A stretch of DNA of 64,000 nucleotides, taken from assembly GCA_951406725.2 (NCBI GenBank), contig OX597835.1, positions 44,888,001 to 44,952,000 on the forward strand. The letters run 5' to 3'. Position numbers and translations under genes: made by a program. The stretch's first letter is position 1; every line of letters begins with the position of its first letter. Positions 15,070 to 30,021 of the stretch are shown here, one piece after another. Source of the DNA: Octopus vulgaris (lineage: Eukaryota). The notes beneath the pieces are model-generated. The model made no database searches. It was not told the origin of the DNA and saw nothing but the letters and a program-made list of their open reading frames with translations.

Positions 15070-15419
15070 TCAAAATTTTGATAGCACTCCAAAAACATTT
15101 AATGGTAGTTCCAAGATAAAGTCTTCGCTGATCATTATTTGATCAATAGAATAAGCTCCGTTCTTGTTTCTATGTAGAATTCCCCAAATAAACTTTGCTG
15201 TACATTTTATGTAGAACGGCGATAGTTTTACCTCCAGCATGTTGTCTATATCACTGGAAGGGTATTTCAAAGCGCGATAGTGTTTGACAGTACTCATACC
15301 AGCATTTGGGTTGCTTAATTGGACGCTTGATGAGATCCCAGCCATTGATGTGAAGAACCCAGAAGATACAAAGCGGCACACATAATTTCTACATCAACAG
15401 TGACGTAGAATGTCTCCAC
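15070..15419 (-). pseudogene. Possible decayed exon of a host gene (faint TIR-like resemblance)
   Basis: Strong acceptor (ccttttttatttttag|G at 15420) precedes a 103-aa non-repetitive frame, ..YPSSDIDNMLEVKLSPF..GILHRNKNG..NVFGVLSKF*. One in-frame TGA near the exon start. Domain call is a visual impression only. Confidence 0.2.
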
Positions 15420-15599
15420 CTAAAAATAAAAAAGGATGTTTAACATCGATCCAGAGTGCGTACCTCAGTCTGATAACATCATAAGACTTAGAAAATAGTT
15501 CGTTAAGAAGCATTTCTTGTCCGATAACCTGAGATACATGCGCCAAGATGTCACACGATGTTACTGCTACGTATCATCAGATGAAAGGATAAGCGTATA

Positions 15600-16330
15600 T
15601 CAGCGGAAGACTAAGCATGGATATGTCATCAGAAACCTCTGGGATGATAGTAACAAATCAGTCTATCATGGACCAATAACGGGATTTCTAACTCACACTT
15701 TGTAGAGTATGAATTTGCAAGCAGGAAAAGGAAATCTCAACCAAATACATGGTGCAGAAAAAGGACAAAGATACTGGGAAAAGAAGTAAAATGTGAAAAC
15801 CGATGCAGACTCTGTGGAGATTACACCGAAGATATCGCCCACATCATAAATAGTTGTCTGAAAATGACATTGCTGTATTATGTATCGATGAGACATGACG
15901 TTTTAGGTAGGTCATTATATAACGAGAAGCGTCTGAAGGATAACCCCGAGAACAAAGAAATAAGAACCCATAATATGATGGAAGATTTAGCCACGCATGA
16001 TAAAAAGGAGTACTGGTGGAAAACCTCAATAAAATGTAAACGCAATAGACACGACATAATGCTTAGGGATAGAGAACTGATCCTGAGTAGAGTTGTGGAA
16101 ATCAGATGCTCAACAGAAGTTAACACAGAGCGGAAGGTCAGTGAAAGATCAGCGAAAATACTTACTGAACTATTTAGAAATTTGAAGTTACTCAATCCCG
16201 ATTAGAAATTCATGTTTATACCTGTAATATGTAGCACATTGCCTAGTTTCTTGGGAATCTAGTCTTCTCAAAACCAGGAAGGAGGAAGCTAAATCGAAGA
16301 CTACAGATCCATTCCATTATTAGAACTGTA
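15600..16330 (+). mobile_element. RLE-type non-LTR retrotransposon relic (CCHC finger plus endonuclease)
   Basis: NRCRLCGDYTEDIAHI..SC..MRHDVLGRSLYN...EYWWKTSIKCKRNRHDIML...VVEIRCSTEVN...ELFRNLKLLNPD*KFMFIPVI. Confidence 0.75.
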
Positions 16331-16582
16331 AGAATCTGTATAATTTACCAGAAATTTAGCATTTATGTATATATGAGAATGTCCGGATATGTAATTATAT
16401 GCATTAGAATACATACATAAAACAAAACATAAAAATCCGCATATATTCATACATACATACATACATACATACATGCACACAAAATACCCTGTTGTTGATG
16501 TTGAAATTCCAATGAAAGAGCCGTGCATCTAGTTTAGAAACCCGTTCTTTCTCTCTTGGTAACAAATCTCAACAAAACTGAA

Positions 16583-16620
<38 letters not shown>

Positions 16621-17020
16621 ACACAGAAACACAGAAACACACATACATACACACACACACACGCACAAACACACACACATATGTAAAAACATACATACAC
16701 ATATCCTGTTTATAAATATGAGTGACTTTATGTGAGATGGTGGGTGTATGTATCATTAGGCACTTGTAAGTATTCTATTGTTTGTTTAAACACGCATATG
16801 TACGCGTAGAATATATCCATTAGTATCCGTCGCATATACATTCAATGTTTACGTGTGCATAGAGGGAAATAACTAATATGAGGAGCCGTATTTATCCACG
16901 TTTATACACGAAAACCAGAAAGACCCTGACAGCACGTTTGTTGCAGATACATACATGCATGCATACATACATAGATACATGTATATATATATATATATGT
17001 GTGTGTGTGTATGTATATAT

Positions 17021-17093
<73 letters not shown>

Positions 17094-17181
17094 TATATGT
17101 AGTGTAGTGATGCATTCATTATTTATATATATTCCTTCGTAGGATTATTGTTACAATATGTATGTATGCATACACACACAT

Positions 17182-17224
<43 letters not shown>

Positions 17225-17515
17225 CATATATATACATACATATGCGTAAAAAATCCATGTGTTTATATGCATATGTAGAATTATCAACACATTTTTCTGC
17301 ACATCAGTCTCTATGATGTAATGTATGTATTTAGTCAGAGGCATGTGTTAAAGGAGGGGAATATGCAGTGTAAACTGGAAATCAGAATACATATTTGAGG
17401 TAAAATAGGACATATATGTATACATGTATGCATACATTAATGCATAAATATGTACGTATACATATCTAGATATCTGTATGTATGGTTAACGCTGCATAGA
17501 TGTTATCATATCTAT

Positions 17516-17546
<31 letters not shown>

Positions 17547-17576
17547 TCAGTGTATCTATCTATCTATTTATCAGTG

Positions 17577-17976
<400 letters not shown>

Positions 17977-18159
17977 AATACTTAGATAAGCATTGAAACT
18001 GTAGATACACTGGTTTATATGTGTGTTGACATTTAAACCGACGTTATTAAAAGCTAACACAAACTCAATCAATATTCTGAAATGTTTGATCGCGTTTGCT
18101 ACAAAGATAATACTTCTCTATTGATTTGTTTTCCTAGTGTATAAGTGATTTTCGCTTCC

Positions 18160-18227
<68 letters not shown>

Positions 18228-18648
18228 CTGTGTGTTTACCGCTATTCATTTATAGTGCGTCCATTTAAAATACTCGCATCCATGCATATGCTAGTAAGTG
18301 TACTTGTCGGTGTATGGACATATGTGAGTATGTTCCTTCTTGTGTGCTTTACTTTTTGATGGTGTTTGTATATCTATGTACTTGTGGTCGGGGTGTTGTA
18401 AGTTGGGGGTTGGTGTTAGTGGTGGTGGTGGTGATGGTGATGGTGGGGCGTGTTTTGCGATTCTGGAGATTATTAAATCGGACAAACTATCAACTGAATA
18501 CATTTTATATGGAGTTTTTAATTGGATGTGAATCTAAAACGTTATATGATTATACACCCCTTTCTTACCCACGCTCCCCACCCTTTTATTTTTTCATTCT
18601 ATATATATATCTGTATCTAAATGTATAGATCTACATATACGCGTACAT

Positions 18649-18690
<42 letters not shown>

Positions 18691-18867
18691 TATTGTATGT
18701 ATATTTATATACATACACAAGCAAACATACTTATACACACGCATATATATATGTGTGTGTGCGTGTGTGTGTTAGTATGCGTTATCGTGCGTGTGTGCTT
18801 AGATAAGTGTATTTTTAAGCATTTATGCATCCAAAGATATATACAAAAATATGTATATGCATATAAG

Positions 18868-18905
<38 letters not shown>

Positions 18906-18945
18906 CTATATATATATATATATATATACATATACTATACATATA

Positions 18946-19014
<69 letters not shown>

Positions 19015-20596
19015 GATGTGTATGTATATGTGGGTACGTGGGTGTAGAGGCGTAGTCATCATATGATAAAGCAGCAGAAAAGAAGAATGAGTTTTTCAGA
19101 GACATATATCTATACACTTACACGCGCGCCCATTCGCAAACACTAACGCGCACGGACAGACTCACACTCGCACACAGGCCCTACCACACGGAACATACAT
19201 ACGTATAAATAAAAATGCACAACACTTCTTTGATGCATGTGGTATTTAAAAAAAAAATTACACCAGCCACACACATACACACGCATATCTTTAGATGTAC
19301 GGAAGCGAACGCATAGCTTTAGATGCATGCACACAAACACTACACAGATGTAATTCACACTTTTCTAACACAATCGAGAATCTAATATAAATTCGGCAGT
19401 TTTTCATGAAACATTTCCCCGATTCTTGGGAGAGTTGTGCATTATTCTGTATCATTTAACGTATGTAAATAAAGCACAGTATTATGTTTAATTCAACGTT
19501 TTAAATGGCGTTTTTTCTTCCTTTTCACGATTTTATTGTTTCAAGCTTGATGTAATAACGTTTCATTATGTCTTGTCTAATGCTTTGACATCGATATTTC
19601 GTTTCTATAATTTTTTCTCCTTTTATTTTTCATTTTATTTATCCGCATCTTTGAAGCGGGTGGGAAACGTTTTCATTTTACAAAGGAAAGTAATACCAGA
19701 TATTGTTTGAAATACATTTGCGAATTTACAATAAAAGACGGGGAGGAGAAAATCCAAAATGTTAATAATTGTCACCCACTCCCTTTACACAGCTCTGCAA
19801 AAAATGGTGCCAATGTTTGGAACATTCATATTTAAATGGTGAGTTTGAATACACAGGTTTTTGTAAGTAGCAATTATTCGCGTATACATGTATACAAACA
19901 TTCATACATGCATACAAACATATGAATCTACGATTCTGATAATTACGTGTATCAGTTATCTTGATATATATGAAACGTATGTGTGAATGTGTGTATCTGT
20001 GTGTGTGCGTGTATGTATGTATGCATGTAAGTATGTATGTATGTATGTATGTATGTAACTTATGAATATATACATATATGTGCGTGTGTGTGTGCGTGTA
20101 CTTTTTTGTATTCATTTAATCACTTACACATGAATGTAACCGTTTTTGAGTGAATGCATTTGTGTATGTGTAATTTAGATATCACCAACTGTGTATGTGA
20201 GAGTGTGTGTTTGATTGTGTATGTGTATGGTGTGCGTGTGAACGTGTATATTTACGGGTGTGTGTTTTTGTATTTGGAAATATATTTTTTTCCTCTCTTG
20301 AGTTATACATAATCATTTAAATGGCTTTCATCTTTATTCACGTCTGCCATGTATTCAAAAACGCTTAAATACAGAATCAGAACGAATTTTGCTACTGAAT
20401 GCTCAATGGAGGTTAACAAGTCCTGCGCTTCACACATTTGATGAGTTGTGAGGGCAAAAATCATCAATATAGTGTAGGAATGAATACTACGCAGGCCGCT
20501 AATGTTTTCATCACTTCTTTTCGATGCACATTAATGATTTCAATTACACTGTGGAACAAATAAGACATTTCCTTAAAAAGAAGGAAATAGGAAATA

Positions 20597-21032
20597 GGCG
20601 CAGGAGTGGCTGTGTGGTAAGTAGCTTGTTTACCAACCACATGGTTCCGAGTTCAGTCACACTGCGTGGCATCTTGGGCAAGTGTCTCCTGCTATGGCCT
20701 CGGGCCGACCAATGCCTTCTGAGTGGATTTGGCAGACGGAAACTGAAAGACGCCTGTCGTAGATATGTATATATATATATATGCGTGTGTATATATATAT
20801 GTGTGTGTATGTGTGTGTGTGTTTGTGTGTCTGTGTTTGTCTCCCTAGCATTGCTTGACAACCGATGCTGGTGTGTTTACGTTCCCGTCACTTAGCGGTT
20901 CGGCAAAAGGGACCGATAGAATAAGTGCTGGGCTTACAAAGAATAAGTCCCGGGGTCGATTTGCTCGACTAAAGGCGGTGCTCCAGCATGGCCGCAGTCA
21001 AAATGACTGAAACAAGTAAAAGAGGGAAAGAG
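20597..21032 (+). mobile_element. Full-length tRNA-derived SINE with an internal (TA)/(TG) microsatellite
   Basis: GGCGCAGGAGTGGCTGTGTGGTAAG (A-box-like), GAGTTCAGTC (B-box-like) and CTTGGGCAAGTGTCT core; further copies at 7988, 24860, 32161(-), 47036 and 60810. Confidence 0.85.
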
Positions 21033-21380
21033 TACGTTTCATACAGCTGGCAATCAAAGGTTTGAAGGTTAACTAGACCTGCCCTTTTCAGAGTATGTTC
21101 ATAAAACATACTTATCCGTTGTGCCGAAGTAGGAAGTATAACGAAGATAATTCATTATGGCCTGCAAAGTATTTTCCTAAATCACCTTGTGAGAGCCCAA
21201 AAATTTCATGATATTAGAAGAAAACTAATGAAGCGACATAGGGACAGAGGTTCGCTTATGCCTAAACATCTCTCGGCGTTGACAAATATATATATATATA
21301 TATAATAAATATTAGGGAATAAATCCAAACTTACAGGAAAAAAATCAGATTTAGGATTGAATCCAATTTATAGTAAAATA

Positions 21381-21599
21381 TTATATTATATTAAATTAGA
21401 GACAAAACCACTATTATGCAAATCAAACAAAGAAAGACTTAATCCAATACATAAATTAATTTATATAATTTAGAAATTTAACAATTATTAATTATTAATT
21501 ATTAATAATTGTTAAATTTCTAAATTATATAAATTAATTTATGTATTGGATTAAGTCTTTCTTTGTTTGATTTGCATAATAGTGGTTTTGTCTCTATTT

Positions 21600-21610
<11 letters not shown>
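21381..21610. repeat. Near-perfect palindrome with arms of about 110 bp
   Basis: AGAGACAAAACCACTATTATGCAAATCAAACAAAGAAAGAC... is mirrored around about 21495. Confidence 0.9.
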
Positions 21611-21660
<50 letters not shown>

Positions 21661-21664
<4 letters not shown>

Positions 21665-21870
21665 ATCAAAACAAGAAAGCACAAAAAAACACAACAACGC
21701 GAGGACGTGGAACGAATTATAGTATTATTGGACGCTCAGAAAAGAAGGAAAGAAGGAGGGTTTAACGTTTCGAGCAGATCTCTTCGTCGGAAACATAGGA
21801 GAAGAAAAGATCCAGAGAAGGGAAGACAGAGGAAAAAAAATCGCCAACGGTACACACGTGCTCACATTTT
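21661..21870 (-). mobile_element. Hammerhead-bearing repeat of about 210 bp (PLE pLTR-like); copies at 31052-31262 and 47262-47470
   Basis: Three near-identical copies, each abutting (TA)n. Minus-strand GTTT-CCGACGA-a-GAG..CTC-GAA-ACGT-T-AAAC at 21760-21794. Confidence 0.7.
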
Positions 21871-21879
21871 CAATATATA

Positions 21880-22269
21880 TATATAACGTAAAGTATACTA
21901 GCCATCTCAATATGGCTAACCACAAAGGGTGGGTGTTACTGTAGCTTTTAACCCCAGGAGATCATCGTCTCGAGCTGGCTTTAGGCACACTATCTGTGCC
22001 CTTATGGTATTTGCAAAGGGAGGCCATCCCTTTCTCGTAAGCCTAAGTGATACGCACCGGACCGCGGTTTCGAGGTTGTTGCCTCTTGTCAACGGGCTGT
22101 AATCACCGGTTTACGATGAAAAGGAAGACCTGTATGCAAATAATTAAGTGTTTTTCTAGTAACTTCCGTCACTGATTTCGAAAAACTGTCTAGAAACCGC
22201 GGTCCGGTGCGTATCACTTAGGCTTACGAGAAAGGGATGGCCTCCCTTTGCAAATACCATAAGGGCACA
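21880..22269 (-). mobile_element. Hammerhead-bearing repeat with a perfect 77-bp inverted duplication
   Basis: Arms 21995-22071 and 22193-22269; homologous to 28797-29185. Confidence 0.75.
22054..22097 (-). ncRNA. Type I hammerhead motif, U3:A8 variant (TTGACAA)
   Basis: GCCCG-TTGACAA-GAGG-caacaa-CCTC-GAA-ACCGCGGT-C-CGGTGC. Confidence 0.65.
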
Positions 22270-22279
22270 ACAACAACAA

Positions 22280-22336
<57 letters not shown>

Positions 22337-22478
22337 TTAATTTAACTTTAAATAAAAATGAACGAACTATTGACTTTGGTTTAATAGCCTACCAATGTAT
22401 ACTATGAGTTTTTTTTGCCCTAGGAGTCGGGAAGACACTCGGCAAGAAATGGAAGCAAATTTGAAAGAAGAAAAAAAA

Positions 22479-22515
<37 letters not shown>

Positions 22516-23383
22516 GAAGAAGAAGAAGAAGGAGAAGAAGAAGAAGAACTTGCGGAAAAAGGAAGTAAACATTATTTCACCTGTCTCTGTTCGGTGTAAA
22601 TGACATAATTAATGATTGAGTGTAATATTACCTGGGAAATTCGATCCCTGCCCTCCGTTTAAACACATCATGGCGGTAAAGAAAACTATCCTGACCAATG
22701 ATGATGATGTTTTTGGTGATGATGATGAAGATTGTGATGATGATAGTGATGATGGTGATTATGATGATTATGATGATGATGGTGATGGTGGTGGTTTGTG
22801 GTGGTTGTGATGGTGGTTTTGATGGTGATGCATATTCTGGCGTAAACAACTCTGATATGGCAATGGTGACGGTGGGGTGTCGCGTAACACGAGAACGAAA
22901 ACTATAGAAGAAAGAAAAGTATTGTCTAATGAAACAAAAAGAATAATTAATAATGGAATAAAAATAAAGTAAACTTGCTTAGAAGAAAGACTTTTAAGTT
23001 GAGATGCGGATGCGGTAAGATACGAGAAATTTTTAAAGTGTTTGCTATCGGAAACAACAACAACAACAAGAAAAAAGCAATGGCGATATGACGGAAATTT
23101 GGAAGAAAGACAAAAGAACGGATAGATAAAAGGTTGAGACGGAAAAGGAAGAATAATTAATCGCTGATTTCATTCTGTTTTATGTAGACTTTTCATTTGA
23201 TGTGAATAGAGATTTTTTGTATCTGCTTTTTGCGCAGAGGCGCTACGGTGGTTGATAAATCAAAGCCAAGGCGTCTTTATGACTATTTAGTTACTGCATC
23301 TAATAACGCGGTCAGAATTCGGCCTAATTTGTAATCCCTGCGAGGGATAAAGTTCTAAGTTGTGTCCAGTGGGATTTGAACAC

Positions 23384-23479
<96 letters not shown>

Positions 23480-23619
23480 CAAAAGGGAATTGCTAATAGT
23501 CAACAGTTGACCACTGATTTTCTCAGAATAAGCAAACTGATTTATAGTCAACCATTATATGTCTCACTTATTTAATTATTGCGTCTTCTGATGTTCAGCA
23601 GAAAAAAAATTGAACCTAT

Positions 23620-23651
<32 letters not shown>

Positions 23652-23833
23652 CATCATCATCGTCGTCATCATCATCATCATCATCATCGTCATCATCATC
23701 ATCATCATCACCATCATCATCGTCATCATCATCATCATCATCGTCATCATCGTCATCATCATCATCGTCATCATCATCATCATCATCGTCATCATCATCA
23801 TCATCATCATCATCATCGTCATCATCGTCATCG

Positions 23834-23868
<35 letters not shown>

Positions 23869-23881
23869 GTCATCATCATCG

Positions 23882-23964
<83 letters not shown>

Positions 23965-23974
23965 GTCATCATCG

Positions 23975-24015
<41 letters not shown>
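23620..24015. repeat. (CAT)n array of about 400 bp with CGT/CAC variants; probable tail of the adjacent RTE
   Basis: Directly abuts the 3' end of the minus-strand RTE relic. Confidence 0.9.
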
Positions 24016-24016
<1 letters not shown>

Positions 24017-24760
24017 ACATCCCGTAACTGATGCATCCTGTCGTTAGCGTGTCACTTTAGGCGCTTTAGTAATCATCCATTACCCCTGGTCTTTGTTCCC
24101 TGTCATGCGCAGCAGGTTCGCTGTGTCCAGTCCAGTACTTGTTGTTGTCAAACCAAAAGAATCTTCTTTGTCTCTCTATCTTTCGGTCCGGTTCAGTTGT
24201 GCCCTAAAGACTGGTCCTTGACTAAAGGTTGTGGCTGGATAGATGACCGTATAAGGCAAGCCTTAATTTTTAAACCTGCGCAAGGAAAGATTCCTATTTG
24301 CCAGTGTATTTGTTGACTTGCAGCCTGACAAATCTATCCGTTTTCTGCTCTGTGTACCCTATGTACAGCAGCTTTCTGAAACATTTCTTCTCAAATACCT
24401 GGAATCCTCAGTCCATGTTGTCTGTAAGAGTTCGGTTCTCGCTGGAAAACTAATGGATTTGTTTTTCCTTATTGTTTCAGTTCTGTAAAGGTAGCAGAGG
24501 GTAAACCGAGTCTTGTTATCTCCTTTTAATATTTTCCGTCTTTGGTCAAATTAGCTCGTAGCTATTTGAAGTTGTCTACTTCATTAAGTCTCTCTCCGTT
24601 TAGCATTAAGTTGGTTACTATGTTTTGGATGCTACTCTTAACTAGGATCTTGCCGTTTTCTGGTCATGTTCCCGTATGCTCTTGTTACCTTTTCCATTCT
24701 TGTGGTGAGTTCCTGCAGTTCGCTTCACTGTTTCTTAAAACTTTATTATCATCAGCAAGG
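24016..24760 (-). mobile_element. RTE-clade LINE 3' relic
   Basis: IQVFEKKCFRKLLYIGYTEQKTD... and ..ALYGHL..GTTE..RQRRFFWFDNNKYWTG resemble an RTE ORF C-terminus; (GAT)n tail. Confidence 0.6.
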
Positions 24761-25621
24761 CGCGTTTGTTAGAAATGGGCCATCCCTCAATGAAAACAAA
24801 CATTGGGGAGGTTTTGAAGTGTTTCTTGTATGAGCAGCAAGAATCAGTACTGCCTCCGATGTTGTTGTGTTTACGTCCTACAAACTTGAAGGTTTGGCAA
24901 AAGAGAAAGATAGAATATGAACAGGGAGGGTCGATTTATTTGACAAAAAATTCTTCAAGGTGGTGCACCACAATGGCCGCAGTCTCACGACTGACACAAG
25001 TAAAAGATAACAGAAAAAAACACATCATCAGAAAATTAGAATTACGTAATTAAATTTTAGACAGAGAAGAGCTAAAACTGATAAGCAAAAGCATGTTTGC
25101 AGACATTTGACGGGCAACATGTTCGTCTGGCAATTAAAAGAAAAAAAAAAGGCAGATCAAATCCCTAAAGTCGATTTCTTTCTGTTTTCCATTCAAGCTT
25201 TTGTCCAACGAATTCTTTTGACGGCACTTAATTGGTTCTATCTAATTGGTTCTATTTAATTCGTAATATTTAATCTCTATCTCGAGATTTGAATATCACG
25301 TCATATCTGCGGGTGTTTTTCGTTTGAATTGCGAGACGACGACGTCTCTTGCTGTTATATTTCTCACTGCTGTGCTGTCACAGGTGGGATGTCTCTTATA
25401 ATAGAACCAAAGTAAAACTGTTTGGAGATGTAAAGTCTATTGGATTGTAAACAAGAGAAATTTTCAAAACGTTTTCTTGAATAATATATCTCGATATATT
25501 TGAATATGTGTCTACGTAAACAAACAGAATATAAGGACTTAACAAAAGTATGTACGTATATAATATACATGAGTGACTGTACACATTATATACATGTATA
25601 TATATATGATATTATAAATGG

Positions 25622-25653
<32 letters not shown>

Positions 25654-25885
25654 GTATATACATACATATATGTACATACCTACATATATATGTATATATA
25701 CATGCATATATGGGTACAGAATGTAAACAAAAAAAAAAAAACGTGATCAAAATGAGAAAACGGGAACATGGAAACAGAAATTATTTTCGAACAAAGAAAG
25801 AAAGATAAAAAACGAGACAGGCAACATAAAGAACAATTCTTTCATCAGTTGTCCCCAGATTTATCTACTCCGCGTTTCGAACGTT

Positions 25886-25937
<52 letters not shown>

Positions 25938-25940
25938 ATC

Positions 25941-25974
<34 letters not shown>

Positions 25975-25979
<5 letters not shown>

Positions 25980-26309
25980 GATGTACTCGCATAGCATGTG
26001 ATTTGATCTGAGATCATGTGCTGGAACGAAAACAATTGCAGCGTGGAAGGTGCTTGTAAGCCATTTAAGAAACACATGAAAGCCGTTCGATTCACTTCAA
26101 CATTTAAGTTTACTTTGTCAAAATATTTTCGTCGCTAAAATCCGCGACCTGTCACTAAGAAAAATCCGTGCTGCGGATTTTTGTCAGTGAATAGGTCGCG
26201 GATTTTAGCGACGAAAATATTTTGACAAATTAAACTTAAATGTTGAAGTGAATCGAACGGGTCTTTGTGTGTTTCTTAAATGGCTTACAAACACCTTCCA
26301 CGCTGCAAT
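25975..26309. mobile_element. Fold-back pair of the 6110-6312 hammerhead repeat family
   Basis: Arms about 26034-26168 and 26174-26309. Plus-strand motif TTTGTCA-GTGAATA-gGTCGC..GCGAC-GAA-AATATT-T-TGACAAA at 26180-26229. Confidence 0.75.
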
Positions 26310-26324
26310 TTTATATATATATAC

Positions 26325-26803
<479 letters not shown>

Positions 26804-27069
26804 ATATATATATGTATATATATGTTTATATGTAAATACATATATATATATATATATATATGAATGGATCTGCGTTTCTCTGCCTTATGAACAATTAACA
26901 CGGAAAAAATAGAAAAATAGTTATCAGGGTAGCACAAAATCACACAAATCCGAAGTGTGTAACTCCTCGTTTTCAAAGGTAGAAAATCCGGGTTTATGTG
27001 AAATATTTTGTTTAATATATATGAATACTTAAATTGAGTTGAACGCAGGTGTTATTCAAATACGTTTAC

Positions 27070-27154
27070 TTCCGACACATGTTTCGAAGATATGACTGGT
27101 ATTATTCAATATGTATAAAATGGTGTAAAACAATGTAATCTTCTCTTCAGGAAA
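27070..27154 (-). ncRNA. Type I hammerhead motif with canonical core and long stem II loop
   Basis: TTTC-CTGAAGA-GAAGAT..(about 46 nt)..ATCTTC-GAA-ACATGTGT-C-GGAA; GUC triplet. Confidence 0.6.
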
Positions 27155-27537
27155 ATGAAGAAATGAAACTCTTCAATAAGACATTTTAAGAGAAAATGAT
27201 GAATATGTATAGTGATTAACTGAATGCTATTAAGTTTCTTTTAAAAAACAGGTTTGAGGATATAACGTCAAAGGTAGCGTATAGAAAGTGGAGGGGTGGA
27301 ACTTCTATATATATAGGAAGAATTTCCCTCCATCTGTTTTTTTTTACTCTCTACAAAGCGAAAAGTGGAACTGTCATTTTAACGAGATTTCTTCTTATTT
27401 ATTTATCACCCAACGACATACGTCTGTACAATCGGATATTACTGAACCAGTTTTTGTGTATCCCACAAGAGGAGTCGATGCTAGATGTGTCGAAAATAAT
27501 TGTTGTGATTAATAATATATTCTCCTATATTCCATCT

Positions 27538-27692
<155 letters not shown>

Positions 27693-27739
27693 ATATATAT
27701 ATATATATATATATGTGTGTATACACACACACACACACA

Positions 27740-27779
<40 letters not shown>

Positions 27780-27811
27780 TATATTCCTATATGGAGGTAT
27801 GTATGTGTACC

Positions 27812-27857
<46 letters not shown>

Positions 27858-28428
27858 AGCCATACATTTCTGAGTTGATACCAAAATTGATTAACAAGTT
27901 GTAATTAAATTATTTTTCTATGATACATCAACATAAAATGGCATACATGGAATATGAATATATTTCAGCGCGTAATAACACTTTCGACTGGTGGAAACCA
28001 AAACGAATATAAGATTGACACTATCCATCCATGGCTTCAAGGTTTCATTTGTTATTCCATTCTTTTACGTTTGTATCACATCACTTAAGATTTCGCACTA
28101 AATCTTCATACATAAAGATGCCACATTTACGAAGACAACTTTGAAAGCTCTTCTTTTCGAATGTGAGATGAATGCGCCTGTTCACACATGCATAAACACA
28201 TAAACGTATTCACCTATGCGTGCCCACCCACCCACACACGCACAAACATAGGTACATATACACGTAAACATACACATACAAACGTCTACACACAAGTATA
28301 TATGTTGATCGAGTTATGCATAGATATCTCCCTTCTTAAGCACTCTTATACACACACACACACATATATATATTTGTACGTATATATGTATATCTATCTA
28401 TCTATATATCTATCCATCTATCTATGTA

Positions 28429-28504
<76 letters not shown>

Positions 28505-28796
28505 CTCCCAGAACCACGCTAATAGCTTTGGAGTGAAAATTAGGATGACTCGAATTTCTCTGAATCTATTTTGATAGAACTTGTCCCAGCTGGCTCAACA
28601 CCGTTTTTTATGTTTTCATTATTTTGTGAATGTCCTTTCATTTTTATTTCAGATTTTTTCAGTTTTGGGGTGAACTACGCTAATAGCTTTTGAATGGAAA
28701 TATCCCATCTAGACATTTAATTTTCAGAAAATGGTGGCTAATGATAGACAGTAAGAATACATTGCGTATATATTTAACAGAAAACTATAATAATAT

Positions 28797-29185
28797 TGTA
28801 AAGTATAGAAGCCATCTTATCATGGCTAACCACATTGGGGAGAGGGTGTTACTGTAGCTTTATAGCCCTAAGATATCGTCGTCTCTAGCTGGCTTTAGAC
28901 ACAATATCAGTGTCCTTGGAGTATTTGCAAAGGGAGGCCATCCCTTCCTCGCAAGCCTGAGTGATACGCTCGAACTAGTTTCGGGATTTTTGTCCCTTGT
29001 CAACGGGCGGTAACCACCAGGTCGCGATCTCCAAGGGCACTGATTTTGGAGTTGCAAATATTCCAAGAGGACTGATATTGTGTCTAAAGCCAGCTAGAGA
29101 CGACAATCTCTTGGGGCTATAAAGCTACAGTAACACCCCCTCCCCAATGTGGTTAGCCATGATAAGATGGCTTCTATACTTTACA
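28797..29185. mobile_element. Hammerhead-bearing repeat with inverted arms of about 134 bp
   Basis: Arms 28797-28930 and 29052-29185; homologous to 21880-22100. Confidence 0.75.
28967..29009 (-). ncRNA. Type I hammerhead motif, U3:A8 variant (TTGACAA)
   Basis: CGCCCG-TTGACAA-GGGA-caaaaa-TCCC-GAA-ACTAGT-T-CGAGCG. Confidence 0.65.
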
Positions 29186-29269
29186 TTATCGAGCGATTAC
29201 TGTTTCAATCTCATTCTGAGATTTAATTATGTTATGATAATATTATAACATTATTTGACATAATGAATC

Positions 29270-29770
29270 ATTTAGCCACATGAGCGTCATTTCACGGATA
29301 ACTTCAAAAACCCTGTCATGGAATCTGACAATTTCTTAATAGTAGCAAGTTGGACTGCTTCTGCTGCAGCTTTGATGGCCGCCCAGAAGACATCTTTCGG
29401 CGTAAATTGGCGTCCGTCTTCATAAACAACTTGTTTAATTATGGACCAAATATTTTCCATAGGGTTGAAATCTGGAGATGCTAGAGGCCATATCATCACC
29501 CATTCAGCTCGTATGCCGTAAGACCCTAGGAATGTTTGTGTAGTTCTAGCAGAGTGGAAGGGAGCGTTGTCACGCATGAATACGAGAAGTACTGTCAGTA
29601 CGTCATCTAGGATCCAAGATCTCCATTAGGAGTTCGCAATAGGCGGCTGCTGTCATTTGAAACTCTTCAGACACTCTGACTGGACTCACAAATCTGTCCC
29701 CTATGATACCTGCGACAACAGGATTCCTCCACCCTGTTGTTCACGTCGTGAACGTTGGGGACGAGCTTAA
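29270..29770 (-). mobile_element. Tc1-like (DD34E) transposase C-terminal relic
   Basis: RDNAPFH...WPLASPDFNPMENIWSIIK, with QQGGG upstream. Confidence 0.85.
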
Positions 29771-30021
29771 GTATGTTTTCCATTCAGAATTCGGAACCAA
29801 TTGATCCCGGAATATACGCATTCCTTACTGCTGTACTTCATACAAGTGAAGCCTATTTCTGCTGTTTGTTACTTTCGCCGTGTATATTTTAATATGTGGT
29901 TTTAGAGATATAGGTTTGGTTTATAACAGGTGTGGCTTTAGAGCGGTAGGTCTGTTTATAACAGGCGGTATTTTAATACCGGCCTGAATTTTGTTTATAA
30001 TTTACCTATGAAGGTGTAAAC

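Noticed and set aside
23572-24047. Poly-Asp/Ser/His ORFs resembling acidic biomineral or His-rich proteins
   Set aside because: Open in several frames, no signal peptide or convincing exon context, and explained as an RTE tail.
25835-25885. Minus-strand GAAACGCG...CTGATGA
   Set aside because: The elements do not close into a consistent three-stem fold in this truncated copy.
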